From a virus (Duplodnaviria > Caudoviricetes), in the IMG/VR virus record IMGVR_UViG_3300046336_000175, positions 1-54,292 of that record: 54,292 bases of DNA. One strand, given 5' to 3'. The notes beneath the pieces were generated by a model. It was not told the DNA's origin, did no database searches, and was given only the letters and a program-made list of their open reading frames with translations. A program made the translations under genes and the position numbers. Of the stretch, positions 9,141 through 18,477 are shown in pieces; positions within the stretch are counted from its first letter, which is position 1; every line of letters starts with the position of its first letter.

Positions 9141-10293
9141 ATTAACACTTGAGCAATTCTTGGTTAAAGCCCATGCAGTGCATGGGGACAAGTACGACTA
9201 TTCACTAGTAGAATGGACTGAGAATACAAAATCTAAAACTAAGTTAGATATAGTGTGCCACTCTCATGGTGCGTTCCGACAGTCCAGTGACAATCACATT
9301 AATAGTAAACAAGGTTGTCCAGCGTGTAGCGGTAAAGAATCGCTGACTCAGGATTCATTTGTGTATAGAGCAACTCAAATGCACAACAACAAATATGAGT
9401 ATTGTAAAGTGGTTTGGACAGAGAACACAAGATCGGATACTAAAGTTGCAATACTGTGCCCCGATCACGGGATGTTTACCCAACGAATAAATGGGCACCT
9501 ACAAGGGTATGGCTGCGCAGCCTGTAGCAACAATGTTGCTCTAACATTTGATCGCTTTGTGCACAAGGCTAATGAAGTTCACGGTGGCAAATACGACTAC
9601 TCGAGTGTAGATTGGAGTATTAATACCAGAGCCAAATCAAGGGTGCGGATTACTTGCCCTGATCATGGGCCGTTTACCCAAATCATTGCCAATCACCTCA
9701 ATAACATGGGATGTCTAAAGTGTGGTGGTAAAGAAAAGTACACCCTGACTTCATTTGTTGAAAAGGCTCAAATAGCGCATGGTGGCAAATACGACTACTC
9801 GAGTGTTATTTGGGATGAGTCAACATCTGCAAAAACAAAAGTGACCATTATGTGCACTATCCACGGGATATTCAAACAAACGGTAGATGGGCATACCAGA
9901 GGCCAAGGGTGCCCTGTGTGCAAATCAAGCAAAGGTGAAGTTGCGATAGCATCGTGGTTGGCGGAGTCCAACATCAGTTACTCACCCGAGCACACTTTCG
10001 TGGACTGTAGAAACCCAGCCACAGGTAGAAAACTACCATTCGATTTTTACTTGCCAGAATACAACACGTGCATCGAATTTCATGGCAAGCAACACTACGA
10101 GCCAGTTAAATTTAGCGGTACCACTACAACCGACTGTGCTATGGCAAATTTGAAGTCTTCTCAAATCCGGGATTCTATTAAAGAGCAATATTGTAAACAG
10201 AATAATATTCGACTTATAATTATTCCGTATACTGATATAACTAGAATCGATTTAATTTTGCCCGAACAAGAACTTGGATCTCTACGGCGTTAA
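9130..10293 (+). CDS. Zn-repeat nuclease C: 4 modules + PD-(D/E)xK-like domain
   Basis: ATG 9130 (MAAKLT) after GAGG, 11-nt overlap with B; SKGE..FDFYLPEYNTCIEFHGKQHY. Confidence 0.8.
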   Translation: MAAKLTLEQFLVKAHAVHGDKYDYSLVEWTENTKSKTKLDIVCHSHGAFRQSSDNHINSKQGCPACSGKESLTQDSFVYRATQMHNNKYEYCKVVWTENTRSDTKVAILCPDHGMFTQRINGHLQGYGCAACSNNVALTFDRFVHKANEVHGGKYDYSSVDWSINTRAKSRVRITCPDHGPFTQIIANHLNNMGCLKCGGKEKYTLTSFVEKAQIAHGGKYDYSSVIWDESTSAKTKVTIMCTIHGIFKQTVDGHTRGQGCPVCKSSKGEVAIASWLAESNISYSPEHTFVDCRNPATGRKLPFDFYLPEYNTCIEFHGKQHYEPVKFSGTTTTDCAMANLKSSQIRDSIKEQYCKQNNIRLIIIPYTDITRIDLILPEQELGSLRR

Positions 10294-10299
10294 CTAGAG

Positions 10300-11493
10300 A
10301 TGGCAGTTAAACTCACTCTCGAATTATTTAAATCTAGGGCATACGCAGTGCATAGTGGTAGGTATGGTTACAATTCTGTTGCATGGACATCAGATACAAA
10401 TTCTCAGACTAAAGTTGCAATTGTGTGCACTGATCATGGAATATTTACTCAGCGCGTGTTCAGTCATTTACAGGGAACAGGCTGCCCTGAGTGTAGTCGG
10501 ATTGCTAAGAGTTATTCCCAGGAGCTATTCTTGACCAAAGCACAACGTACCCACGGTACCAGGTATGATTATTCGTTGGTAGAGTGGGTTGTGGGGATCA
10601 CCAACGCCAGAACTAAGATAACAATTAACTGCCGCGCTCACGGACCGTTTATTCAACAGTTGGATAGTCACATTCGGGGATGTGGGTGTCCGACTTGTGG
10701 GGGTAGCAGCAAACTATCACTAGAACAATTTCTGGATAAAGCACGTCGTGTACATGGAGCGAGATATGATTATACCTCTGTAGAATGGAGTGATACCACA
10801 AATGCTTATTCGAAAGTGAGCATTGAGTGCCCAACCCACGGGAGCTTTCGACAACTGATCAATAATCACACCAACAATAAAATGGGTTGCATGGCATGTG
10901 GCGGACGGCAACGGCACACACGCGAATCCTTTGTGATAAAAGCACAGCACACTCATGGTACCAAGTACGACTACTCAACAGTAGTTTGGACTGAATCCAC
11001 CAACGCCAGGACAAAAGTTACAATCAATTGTAAAATACACGGACCATTCAATCAGGTTGTAGATAGCCACATAGCTGGCACTGGTTGCCCGCCATGTAAC
11101 TCTAGCAAAGGTGAGATGGCCATTTCAACTTGGTTAAATGCTAACGACATCAAATACACCACCGAACACATTTTTTCTGACTGCATCAACCCTATTACCA
11201 AGCGAAAGTTGCGTTTTGATTTTTATCTACCTGATCATAACACGTGCATTGAGTTTCATGGCAAACAACATTACATACCTGTGTTGTTTACCAAGACGAA
11301 CTTTGGCGAATCAACTTCTAAAATCGCCCGAGATAACCTGAGCTCCAACCAACATCGAGATTCGATCAAGGAACAATATTGTAAACAAAGAGGAATGCAC
11401 CTTATAATTATTCCATATACTGATATAACTAGAATCGATTTAATTTTGACAACACATCTATTAACTAAAAAGGACAACACATATGACATTTAA
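10300..11493 (+). CDS. Zn-repeat nuclease D: 4 modules + PD-(D/E)xK-like domain
   Basis: Same architecture; 11-nt overlap with uvsX start. Confidence 0.8.
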   Translation: MAVKLTLELFKSRAYAVHSGRYGYNSVAWTSDTNSQTKVAIVCTDHGIFTQRVFSHLQGTGCPECSRIAKSYSQELFLTKAQRTHGTRYDYSLVEWVVGITNARTKITINCRAHGPFIQQLDSHIRGCGCPTCGGSSKLSLEQFLDKARRVHGARYDYTSVEWSDTTNAYSKVSIECPTHGSFRQLINNHTNNKMGCMACGGRQRHTRESFVIKAQHTHGTKYDYSTVVWTESTNARTKVTINCKIHGPFNQVVDSHIAGTGCPPCNSSKGEMAISTWLNANDIKYTTEHIFSDCINPITKRKLRFDFYLPDHNTCIEFHGKQHYIPVLFTKTNFGESTSKIARDNLSSNQHRDSIKEQYCKQRGMHLIIIPYTDITRIDLILTTHLLTKKDNTYDI

Positions 11494-12592
11494 ATTCTTA
11501 GAAACCTTCCACAAAGAAGCGAGTAAGATTGAGGGAGTTTCCGACCGTTCCGCAGAGCCCCGCTACTGGGTTGGTAGTGGAAACTTCACTCTAAACAAAA
11601 TTATGTCAGGGAATTTTAGTGATTGCGCACCTCAGGGTCGAATTCTTGGGCTGGTCGGACCATCAAGCTCCGGAAAGTCGTTTATCACCGCAAATATTGC
11701 GCGTGCTGCACAACGTGATGGTGCATTCTTACTTGTACTCGATTCGGAGAATGCGTTGGATGATAATTTCATGTCTGGCGCTGGCATTGATGTCAACACA
11801 AACTACATTTACAAGAAAGTAATTACAATCGAGAATGTGGAATCACTGGTTTACAACTTTCTAAAGGGGTACAAAGAAGAATATGCCAGTGATATTGACA
11901 ACGCACCTAAAGTGCATATTGCCATTGACTCGCTGGACATGCTCATGACAGATTCCGAGTACGAGCACTTCAAAAAAGGCACAAGTTCAGCTGATCAGGG
12001 TCTACAGCGTAAAATGCAGAAGAAGATGTTGAAAAAGTTTGTGCACATGATCGAGGCACTCAATGTCACAATGACTGTTACCAGTCAGGTGTATCGAGCC
12101 AAAGCAGACCAACTACTTGAAGGAGAAGGTAAGTGGGTTGTTAACGATGCGATCCGTTACGCTCTATCTCAAATTATCTTGGTCACTCGACTGAAGCTGA
12201 AGGATGATCAGACTAAAGACGTCGTCGGCGTGCGTATGAAGTGCGCCGGATTCAAGACTCGATTCGCTCTCCCATTCCAAGAGTGTACAATGCACGTCAA
12301 ATGGGGAATTGGCATCGAAGAGCACGATGGTATGTTCGAGGCTGCAATATCGCTTGGAGTCATCAAGAAACACGGTGCGTGGTATAGTCTGTCGGACAGT
12401 ACAACCAAATGGCGGTCTGCTGATTTTCCTGAATATCAGGATGAAGTGCTGATTCACTGCGCTGCGCTGTCGGATAGAGCAATCACACTGATTGAACCAA
12501 GTGAAGATGAGGACGTTCCCGCTTCGACAACATCCAAGCGAGCTCAGAAGGTAATGCATGCTACAGCGCTGTTGAATGAATTAGAGGAATGA
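11483..12592 (+). CDS. uvsX: RecA-like recombinase UvsX
   Basis: Walker A GPSSSGKS, LDSENALD, IAIDSLDML, GAWYS; phage recombination context. Confidence 0.9.
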   Translation: MTFKFLETFHKEASKIEGVSDRSAEPRYWVGSGNFTLNKIMSGNFSDCAPQGRILGLVGPSSSGKSFITANIARAAQRDGAFLLVLDSENALDDNFMSGAGIDVNTNYIYKKVITIENVESLVYNFLKGYKEEYASDIDNAPKVHIAIDSLDMLMTDSEYEHFKKGTSSADQGLQRKMQKKMLKKFVHMIEALNVTMTVTSQVYRAKADQLLEGEGKWVVNDAIRYALSQIILVTRLKLKDDQTKDVVGVRMKCAGFKTRFALPFQECTMHVKWGIGIEEHDGMFEAAISLGVIKKHGAWYSLSDSTTKWRSADFPEYQDEVLIHCAALSDRAITLIEPSEDEDVPASTTSKRAQKVMHATALLNELEE

Positions 12593-12600
12593 TGTAATAT

Positions 12601-13125
12601 ATGAGCGCACAAGATGATGACCAACTCACCGAACGCGTAACAGCACTATTCGTTGATCGGGCGAATGTCTGGATTGAGATGTGTGTAGCAATTGCAAATT
12701 ATCTGCCCGGCGCTTGGGGTTGTATAGAGACCCACATCGACTCTAGGTATAACTTGACAGAAGTGCGGTTGATTGATCTTGGGTATGATAGTTATAGTGG
12801 GATGTTGCATTATTCTATATCAGCCGAAACTCCTGGTGGTGGTACCCGATCATTCTTTGCACTTGATGTCCCGATGAGAATCGCCGCGAGTGCAGGTGAC
12901 GATGATGGGTACTTACCGTTATTAGACTATCTTGAAACAACTCCCAATGTTGTAGACAAACTATTTGCTGATGATAATCCACTGGATGTTGTGAATAGAG
13001 CAATCGACAACGCACTCAGTCAATTCCCCGATATGGCGGTCGACAAAGCTACCATAATTGATCTAAACAATAGACTATCCGATGGTGATGTATTTCTATG
13101 TCAATCAAGCGACCAACTACAATAA
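12601..13125 (+). CDS. hypothetical acidic protein
   Basis: GAGGA upstream; fills the gap between uvsX and uvsY. Confidence 0.7.
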   Translation: MSAQDDDQLTERVTALFVDRANVWIEMCVAIANYLPGAWGCIETHIDSRYNLTEVRLIDLGYDSYSGMLHYSISAETPGGGTRSFFALDVPMRIAASAGDDDGYLPLLDYLETTPNVVDKLFADDNPLDVVNRAIDNALSQFPDMAVDKATIIDLNNRLSDGDVFLCQSSDQLQ

Positions 13126-13584
13126 ATGAGTATAATTAATTCACTTGGAAATAACTTCGAACACCTATCTGAGATCTTAGACAAGTTCGAGTGTGAGTTT
13201 GAAAATATCACACTCGACCTCAAGATGAAAGGTAAGGCGCTAGATCAATTACTCATTGAACAGGCTAGTCTGGTTGGATATTATGAGTTAAGAGCGGTGG
13301 AATTAAAAACCTTGCGCAAGGTTATTGAAACTCGTGTAGAGAAAGTGCGAGGCCGCTTGTGGAAGCACTTCACGGAGAATCATCCGCGCGAATTAAACTA
13401 CCGCGACAAGGAAAATTATGTCAACAACGAAGATGCTTTGGTAGAATTGAAAGAATTATTCCTAGAAGTGTCAGAGTTGGAAGAAAAGTATCGTGCAGCG
13501 TGTGAAGCATTAAAACAAAAAGGCTTCATGTTGAATGCACTAGTCAAAGCTCGTGTAGCAAGTCTCGATAATTTATTTTTATAA
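13126..13584 (+). CDS. uvsY: recombination mediator UvsY-like
   Basis: 152-aa helical protein near uvsX; ELNYRDKENYVNNE..ALKQKGFMLNALVKARVA pattern. Confidence 0.7.
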   Translation: MSIINSLGNNFEHLSEILDKFECEFENITLDLKMKGKALDQLLIEQASLVGYYELRAVELKTLRKVIETRVEKVRGRLWKHFTENHPRELNYRDKENYVNNEDALVELKELFLEVSELEEKYRAACEALKQKGFMLNALVKARVASLDNLFL

Positions 13585-13588
13585 TTCA

Positions 13589-14713
13589 ATGTCAAACAAC
13601 TTTCCGGCGATTGGTCAATCTCTCCCCAGAGAGCTAGCTTACCTAGCTCGGTCATCATATTCTCGTTCATCTCGATACTCCAGTCAATCATTCCCACCTA
13701 TGCCATCCACAAATCCAATATCACTAGTCGAATCATCATTCAAAAATCTTGCTGAGTCCACGTTCCTCAAGGTTCGTTACGATGCCAAGAAGAACACAAG
13801 TACCCAACAATTCCAGACACAGGCTGCTGGTAAGGTCGTCTTTGCGCTGTTACGAGACCTATACCCGAATTTCCTAGTATTTGCGTTTTCAGAAACTCAG
13901 ATGTGGCTCCAGTGTCCAGATAATGAATTGCTGATTCAGGTTCGATTTCGATCCGCCAATCTGTGTAACCTCGAGATTGCAGGTGATGAAACGCTTGTCA
14001 GTGGAGTTATGGGTGTACTACTCGAGAGCTTTGCGCCCGTTGATGTGATGATCTCGTGGGTATACTCCAACGATGGCGGGCAGTTCGATATCCCACTGAC
14101 ACCACCCAAGCACGCGGTCACTGACGCAGCATATCCATACATCGAGGGTGGTGTAGAGAAGTTTGTAGATGATTTTATTGCATCAAGTGAGAATGTGTTG
14201 GTGTTGTTGGGTACACCAGGGACTGGTAAATCAACATTCTTGAAATTCTTATTGCAGCACATGAAAAAAGACGCGATGGTTACATACGATACAGGAATTC
14301 TGGAGAAGGATTACTTCTTCGGTGAGTTCATGGAAGGGCAACACGGATCACTAATCATGGAGGATGCTGACACGTTCTTGGAAGCTCGAAGCGCTGGCAA
14401 CACGCTGATGCACAAGTTTCTAAACGTTGGTGATGGTCTAGTATCAAGTGCTTCGAAGAAAATCATATTCACAACCAACTTAGAATCGCACGATAAAATC
14501 GACCCAGCGCTACTTCGCCCAGGGCGGTGCTTCTCAGTGGTCAACTTCAAGGCTCTTGAGCGCGAGCAAGCCCGTGCATTTATGTCTGAATATGACCCGA
14601 CTTATGATATTAAGAAACTAAATAACAAAGATTACACATTAGCAGAGTTGTATAATTTACAAGCTCGGAACCGTACTGTAGATAGTACTAAAAAACCATT
14701 CGGATTTGTGTGA
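13589..14713 (+). CDS. AAA+ ATPase
   Basis: GTPGTGKS, LIMEDAD, IIFTTN, IDPALLRPGR, terminal FGF; start may be internal. Confidence 0.85.
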   Translation: MSNNFPAIGQSLPRELAYLARSSYSRSSRYSSQSFPPMPSTNPISLVESSFKNLAESTFLKVRYDAKKNTSTQQFQTQAAGKVVFALLRDLYPNFLVFAFSETQMWLQCPDNELLIQVRFRSANLCNLEIAGDETLVSGVMGVLLESFAPVDVMISWVYSNDGGQFDIPLTPPKHAVTDAAYPYIEGGVEKFVDDFIASSENVLVLLGTPGTGKSTFLKFLLQHMKKDAMVTYDTGILEKDYFFGEFMEGQHGSLIMEDADTFLEARSAGNTLMHKFLNVGDGLVSSASKKIIFTTNLESHDKIDPALLRPGRCFSVVNFKALEREQARAFMSEYDPTYDIKKLNNKDYTLAELYNLQARNRTVDSTKKPFGFV

Positions 14714-14719
14714 TTTTTG

Positions 14720-14725
14720 TAAATA
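14720..14725 (+). promoter_or_regulatory. T4-late-like TAAATA promoter element
   Basis: GTAAATAG in the 35-nt gap before nuclease E. Confidence 0.5.
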
Positions 14726-14748
14726 GACAACACATGTATCAATTGTAG

Positions 14749-15924
14749 ATGGCAGCAAAATACACACGTGCATTATTTTTGGAGAAAGCACGTGATGTTC
14801 ATGGGGACAAGTATGACTATTCTTGTGTGGATTGGGTTAACTATTCCACCGTAGCTACAAAAGTCCCCATAAGTTGTCCGACGCACGGACAATTCATACA
14901 GAGTGTTGATAGGCACCTCAATTATAACATGGGATGTCCCAAGTGTTCGGGTTCACAAATTTCACTAGACTATTTTATTAAAAGGGCACGTGATGTACAT
15001 GGGGACAAGTATGACTATTCTCACGTGGAGTGGACACTAACAACTCGTAGCACATCTAAAATTAGAATAACGTGCCCTACACACGGAGAGTTCTATCAGT
15101 CAGTTTCGGCACACACAACTGGAGGAACTGGTTGTCCATCATGTAGTAACAAACAACGATACACACTAGACTCTTTTATTAAGAAGGCACGTGATGTACA
15201 TGGGAACAAGTATGACTACTCCTCTGTGGAGTGGACAAGCACCACACTGGGGCAATCCAAAGTAACAATTAAATGTTGGGTACATGGGTGCTTTGTGCAG
15301 ACTATAGACAACCACATCAACACTCAAACTGGTTGCCCTACCTGTGTAGACAAAACACATACTCTTGTCTCTTTTATTAAGAAAGCACGTGATGTTCATG
15401 GGGACAAGTATGACTATTCTCACGTGGAGTGGACACCAACCACTAACAATAGGTCAACTGTAACAATCATCTGTCCAACACATGGGACGTTTAAACAGGC
15501 TATTAGTGGACACATTAATCACCAACACGGTTGCACTAAGTGCAGTTCAAGCAAGGGGGAAATTGCAATCGCACGGTTGCTAGATCAATACAATATTGCA
15601 TATATTCAGGAATATAAATTTCCGGCGTGTACAAATCCAAAAACCGGAAAGCTCATGAGATTTGACTTTTGGTTACCTGGTTATAATGTGTGTATTGAAT
15701 TTCATGGTGAACAACACTATCACCCTGTACTATTTGGTAACAGGGGTGCGCCTGATCCAGAAGCACGTAACACACTAGCAATTGAGCAATTAACCAAAAT
15801 CCAGTATCGTGATTCTGTCAAAGAGCAATATTGTAAACAGAATAATATTCGACTTATAATTATTCCTCATACCGCAAAAGAACATATTGTAGATCTGTTA
15901 TGTGCGGCGCTTGGTGCTCTCTAG
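14749..15924 (+). CDS. Zn-repeat nuclease E: 4 modules + PD-(D/E)xK-like domain
   Basis: 4x ARDVHGxKYDYS modules; SKGE..FDFWLPGYNVCIEFHGEQHY. Confidence 0.8.
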   Translation: MAAKYTRALFLEKARDVHGDKYDYSCVDWVNYSTVATKVPISCPTHGQFIQSVDRHLNYNMGCPKCSGSQISLDYFIKRARDVHGDKYDYSHVEWTLTTRSTSKIRITCPTHGEFYQSVSAHTTGGTGCPSCSNKQRYTLDSFIKKARDVHGNKYDYSSVEWTSTTLGQSKVTIKCWVHGCFVQTIDNHINTQTGCPTCVDKTHTLVSFIKKARDVHGDKYDYSHVEWTPTTNNRSTVTIICPTHGTFKQAISGHINHQHGCTKCSSSKGEIAIARLLDQYNIAYIQEYKFPACTNPKTGKLMRFDFWLPGYNVCIEFHGEQHYHPVLFGNRGAPDPEARNTLAIEQLTKIQYRDSVKEQYCKQNNIRLIIIPHTAKEHIVDLLCAALGAL

Positions 15925-15962
15925 CACCACCACAATATTAATTCTGGAAAGAATCGAAGATT

Positions 15963-16250
15963 ATGCAATACCGCAAAAAACCCGTAGTGATTGACGCAGA
16001 GCTCTTCACGTACCCTCCCACACCTGAATTTAAAGAATTTGTGGGCAAGTATCTAGGTAACATCAAGAAATCGAGACACATTGGCTCGAAAGCAGAAGCA
16101 CAAATTTATACACTCGAAGATGGTCGTATAATGAAGGTTGCTCACATTGCTACAGAGGGTGATTATGTCATCAAGGGTGTAGAGGGTGAATTCTATGCCT
16201 GCAAACCAGAAATCTTTCACAAAACTTACGAAGCAATTAGCACACAATGA
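15963..16250 (+). CDS. conserved small phage protein (YRKKPV..GDY..YxCKPxIFxxTYE family)
   Basis: Widespread phage motif pattern. Confidence 0.8.
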   Translation: MQYRKKPVVIDAELFTYPPTPEFKEFVGKYLGNIKKSRHIGSKAEAQIYTLEDGRIMKVAHIATEGDYVIKGVEGEFYACKPEIFHKTYEAISTQ

Positions 16251-16693
16251 AAAATACACAACAAGAAATTATCGAATGGTTTAGCAAGGCTGTTCCCAAC
16301 CCTACACAAGCAAACAAACGTGTGCAGATTGCTGTACACATTGAGGAATTTGCTGAGATGTTCAGAGGAATTGCCGCTGATGATAAAGATGCGATCAAAC
16401 TACTAGAGGAACTAACGGTAGTAGCGGAAAACGCTTCTAACTATCTGAAATCAAATCATCGAGTGAATATTTTTGCAGTTGACCCCAAAGAACTATTGGA
16501 CTCGCTGTGCGACCAACAGGTGACGGCAAACGGTGTGGGTTGGATGTTTGGGTATGATATGATTGGCTCGTTGGCTGAGGTGTCGGATTCTAACAATTCT
16601 AAATTTGTGAACGGAATGCCAATTTTTAATAATCAGGGTAAGATTGGGAAAGGTCCAGATTATTTTGAGCCCGACTTGAAAAAATTCTGTTAA
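16247..16693 (+). CDS. MazG-like all-alpha NTP pyrophosphohydrolase
   Basis: IEEFAE..ELLDSLCD..SNNSK..GKIGKGPDYFEP. Confidence 0.8.
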   Translation: MKNTQQEIIEWFSKAVPNPTQANKRVQIAVHIEEFAEMFRGIAADDKDAIKLLEELTVVAENASNYLKSNHRVNIFAVDPKELLDSLCDQQVTANGVGWMFGYDMIGSLAEVSDSNNSKFVNGMPIFNNQGKIGKGPDYFEPDLKKFC

Positions 16694-16722
16694 TTGCTAG
16701 CTGTCTCATCAAGAAACTTATC

Positions 16723-16953
16723 ATGGAAACTAACACCACCGTAGATTCTTTATTACTTACACTGCGTACTATATTTCCAAATTGCGACCCAATCGAAGCA
16801 GTGGGTGCACTCATGATCGCAGCCATTGCGGCTGATGACCGGTTGAGTGCAGAAATGGCAACTGCTGCGGTTGATTCAATTTCCGAAGTCGTAAGGATAC
16901 TCACTTGGTTTTCGGATGGGGATATACCAACTAGCACTGGACCACACAAGTGA
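16723..16953 (+). CDS. hypothetical protein
   Basis: GTGA overlap with uvsW start. Confidence 0.55.
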   Translation: METNTTVDSLLLTLRTIFPNCDPIEAVGALMIAAIAADDRLSAEMATAAVDSISEVVRILTWFSDGDIPTSTGPHK

Positions 16954-18380
16954 ATAATACACAACAACAACGTACCTGTACTGTAACGATCAAGGATGAG
17001 GTTACTTGTACGCTTAGTGGTCTGCAGTCGGAGCACACTGACATCCTAGTAAAAAATAATAGTTTCTACATTCCTGGATACAAGTATATGCCATTGTACA
17101 AGCTTGGGAGGTGGGACGGCAAAGTTTCTTTCTTCACTGGTACAGGTCGGGCGTACCAAGCTTTCTTACCAGATATTATCGCCACTGTACAACGCTTGGG
17201 ATACAAACTCAAGTTGAATGACTTGAGAAGTACACTGAATATCGATGTAGCCAACATTAGTGATGATATATTTGGTGAGTATGGGATTACACTGAGAAAG
17301 CACCAAGTCGATGCTGTCAATGCTATCATTGATCAATACCACAAAGGTATTATTCTGGCGTCAACCGGCTCTGGTAAAACATATATATGCGCGGCGCTGA
17401 GCAAAGTGTATCAAGAAGTTGGGTTCCGAACAATCGTAATTGTGCCGAGTGTCACTCTCATCAACCAAACAGTCAAATCATACGAGAGCGTTGGCCTTGA
17501 TGTTGGCTCTTACTCTGGCAAATCAAAAGATTTAGATCACACTCACGTGATCTCTACATGGCAGGCTCTCAAGAATCATCCAGAAATTATATCTGGTGGT
17601 GGATTCAATGCAATTATTTGCGATGAGGTTCATGGCGCCCGAGGTGAGGTGCTTCAAAAACTGTTGATTAAGCACGGAGGTAATATTCCAGTGCGAATAG
17701 GGTGCACTGGAACTCTACCAAAAGATGAATCTGATAAACGAACAGTGCTGGCGGGTATAGGTAATGGAATTGTGTACACAATCGAAGCCGCCACACTGAT
17801 GGACCAGGGGTTGTTGGCTACAATCCAAATTACTCAGATGGCACTACAGGATACTCACGATCCAAAAAACAATTCATTTTCTGAATATGATTTTGAGAAG
17901 AAAGCGCTGATCCTGGACGACGCACGTAACGAATATCTTGCTGATTTTATCAGCCGGACGGGCGAAAAGGGTAATACACTAATCCTAGTGTCTTCTGTGA
18001 AGCAAGGAAAGACTCTTGCAACGTTGATTGGAGATTCGTGTGTATTCTTGTACGGCAAAGATAAAGAAAAAGATCGGCAGACGGCGTACGATTTATTTGA
18101 AACAAGTGACAACATCACCGTGATCGCCAACGTCCAGATTGCTGGTACAGGCCTTAGTATCGACCGGGTATTCTATTTAATTCTACTAGATATCGGCAAG
18201 TCTTTCACCCGAGTCGTTCAAGCGATTGGACGAGGATTGAGAATGTCTTCGGATAAGAAACATGTTGATATGTATGACATCGGAACTAACTACTCATTTG
18301 GCGCCGGTCATGCGCGCCAAAGGGCGAAGTATTATTCAGAAGCGCGCTATTCAAACAGGGTCGAGAAGATCAAGTATTGA
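16950..18380 (+). CDS. uvsW: SF2 DNA helicase UvsW
   Basis: GRWDGK N-terminal motif, STGSGKT, DEVH, GCTGT, QAIGRGLR. Confidence 0.9.
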   Translation: MNNTQQQRTCTVTIKDEVTCTLSGLQSEHTDILVKNNSFYIPGYKYMPLYKLGRWDGKVSFFTGTGRAYQAFLPDIIATVQRLGYKLKLNDLRSTLNIDVANISDDIFGEYGITLRKHQVDAVNAIIDQYHKGIILASTGSGKTYICAALSKVYQEVGFRTIVIVPSVTLINQTVKSYESVGLDVGSYSGKSKDLDHTHVISTWQALKNHPEIISGGGFNAIICDEVHGARGEVLQKLLIKHGGNIPVRIGCTGTLPKDESDKRTVLAGIGNGIVYTIEAATLMDQGLLATIQITQMALQDTHDPKNNSFSEYDFEKKALILDDARNEYLADFISRTGEKGNTLILVSSVKQGKTLATLIGDSCVFLYGKDKEKDRQTAYDLFETSDNITVIANVQIAGTGLSIDRVFYLILLDIGKSFTRVVQAIGRGLRMSSDKKHVDMYDIGTNYSFGAGHARQRAKYYSEARYSNRVEKIKY

Positions 18381-18414
18381 GACGTCCGTTCTTAATTATT
18401 GCACCACACGGGGG

Positions 18415-18443
18415 TTGACCACTATTAGTGGTTCGACTATGAT
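18415..18443 (+). promoter_or_regulatory. sigma70-type promoter
   Basis: TTGACC, 17 nt, TATGAT in intergenic region. Confidence 0.6.
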
Positions 18444-18477
18444 GTCTTATACACTTGCATAGACTACATAACAAAAC

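Noticed and set aside
7764-15436. Regularly spaced (about 200 bp) DNA repeats as a CRISPR array
   Set aside because: They lie in frame inside ORFs and encode the protein repeat; spacers are homologous coding modules; no cas genes
5157-15924. Diversity-generating retroelement acting on the repeats
   Set aside because: No reverse transcriptase in the window, no non-coding template copy, and differences are not visibly confined to adenines
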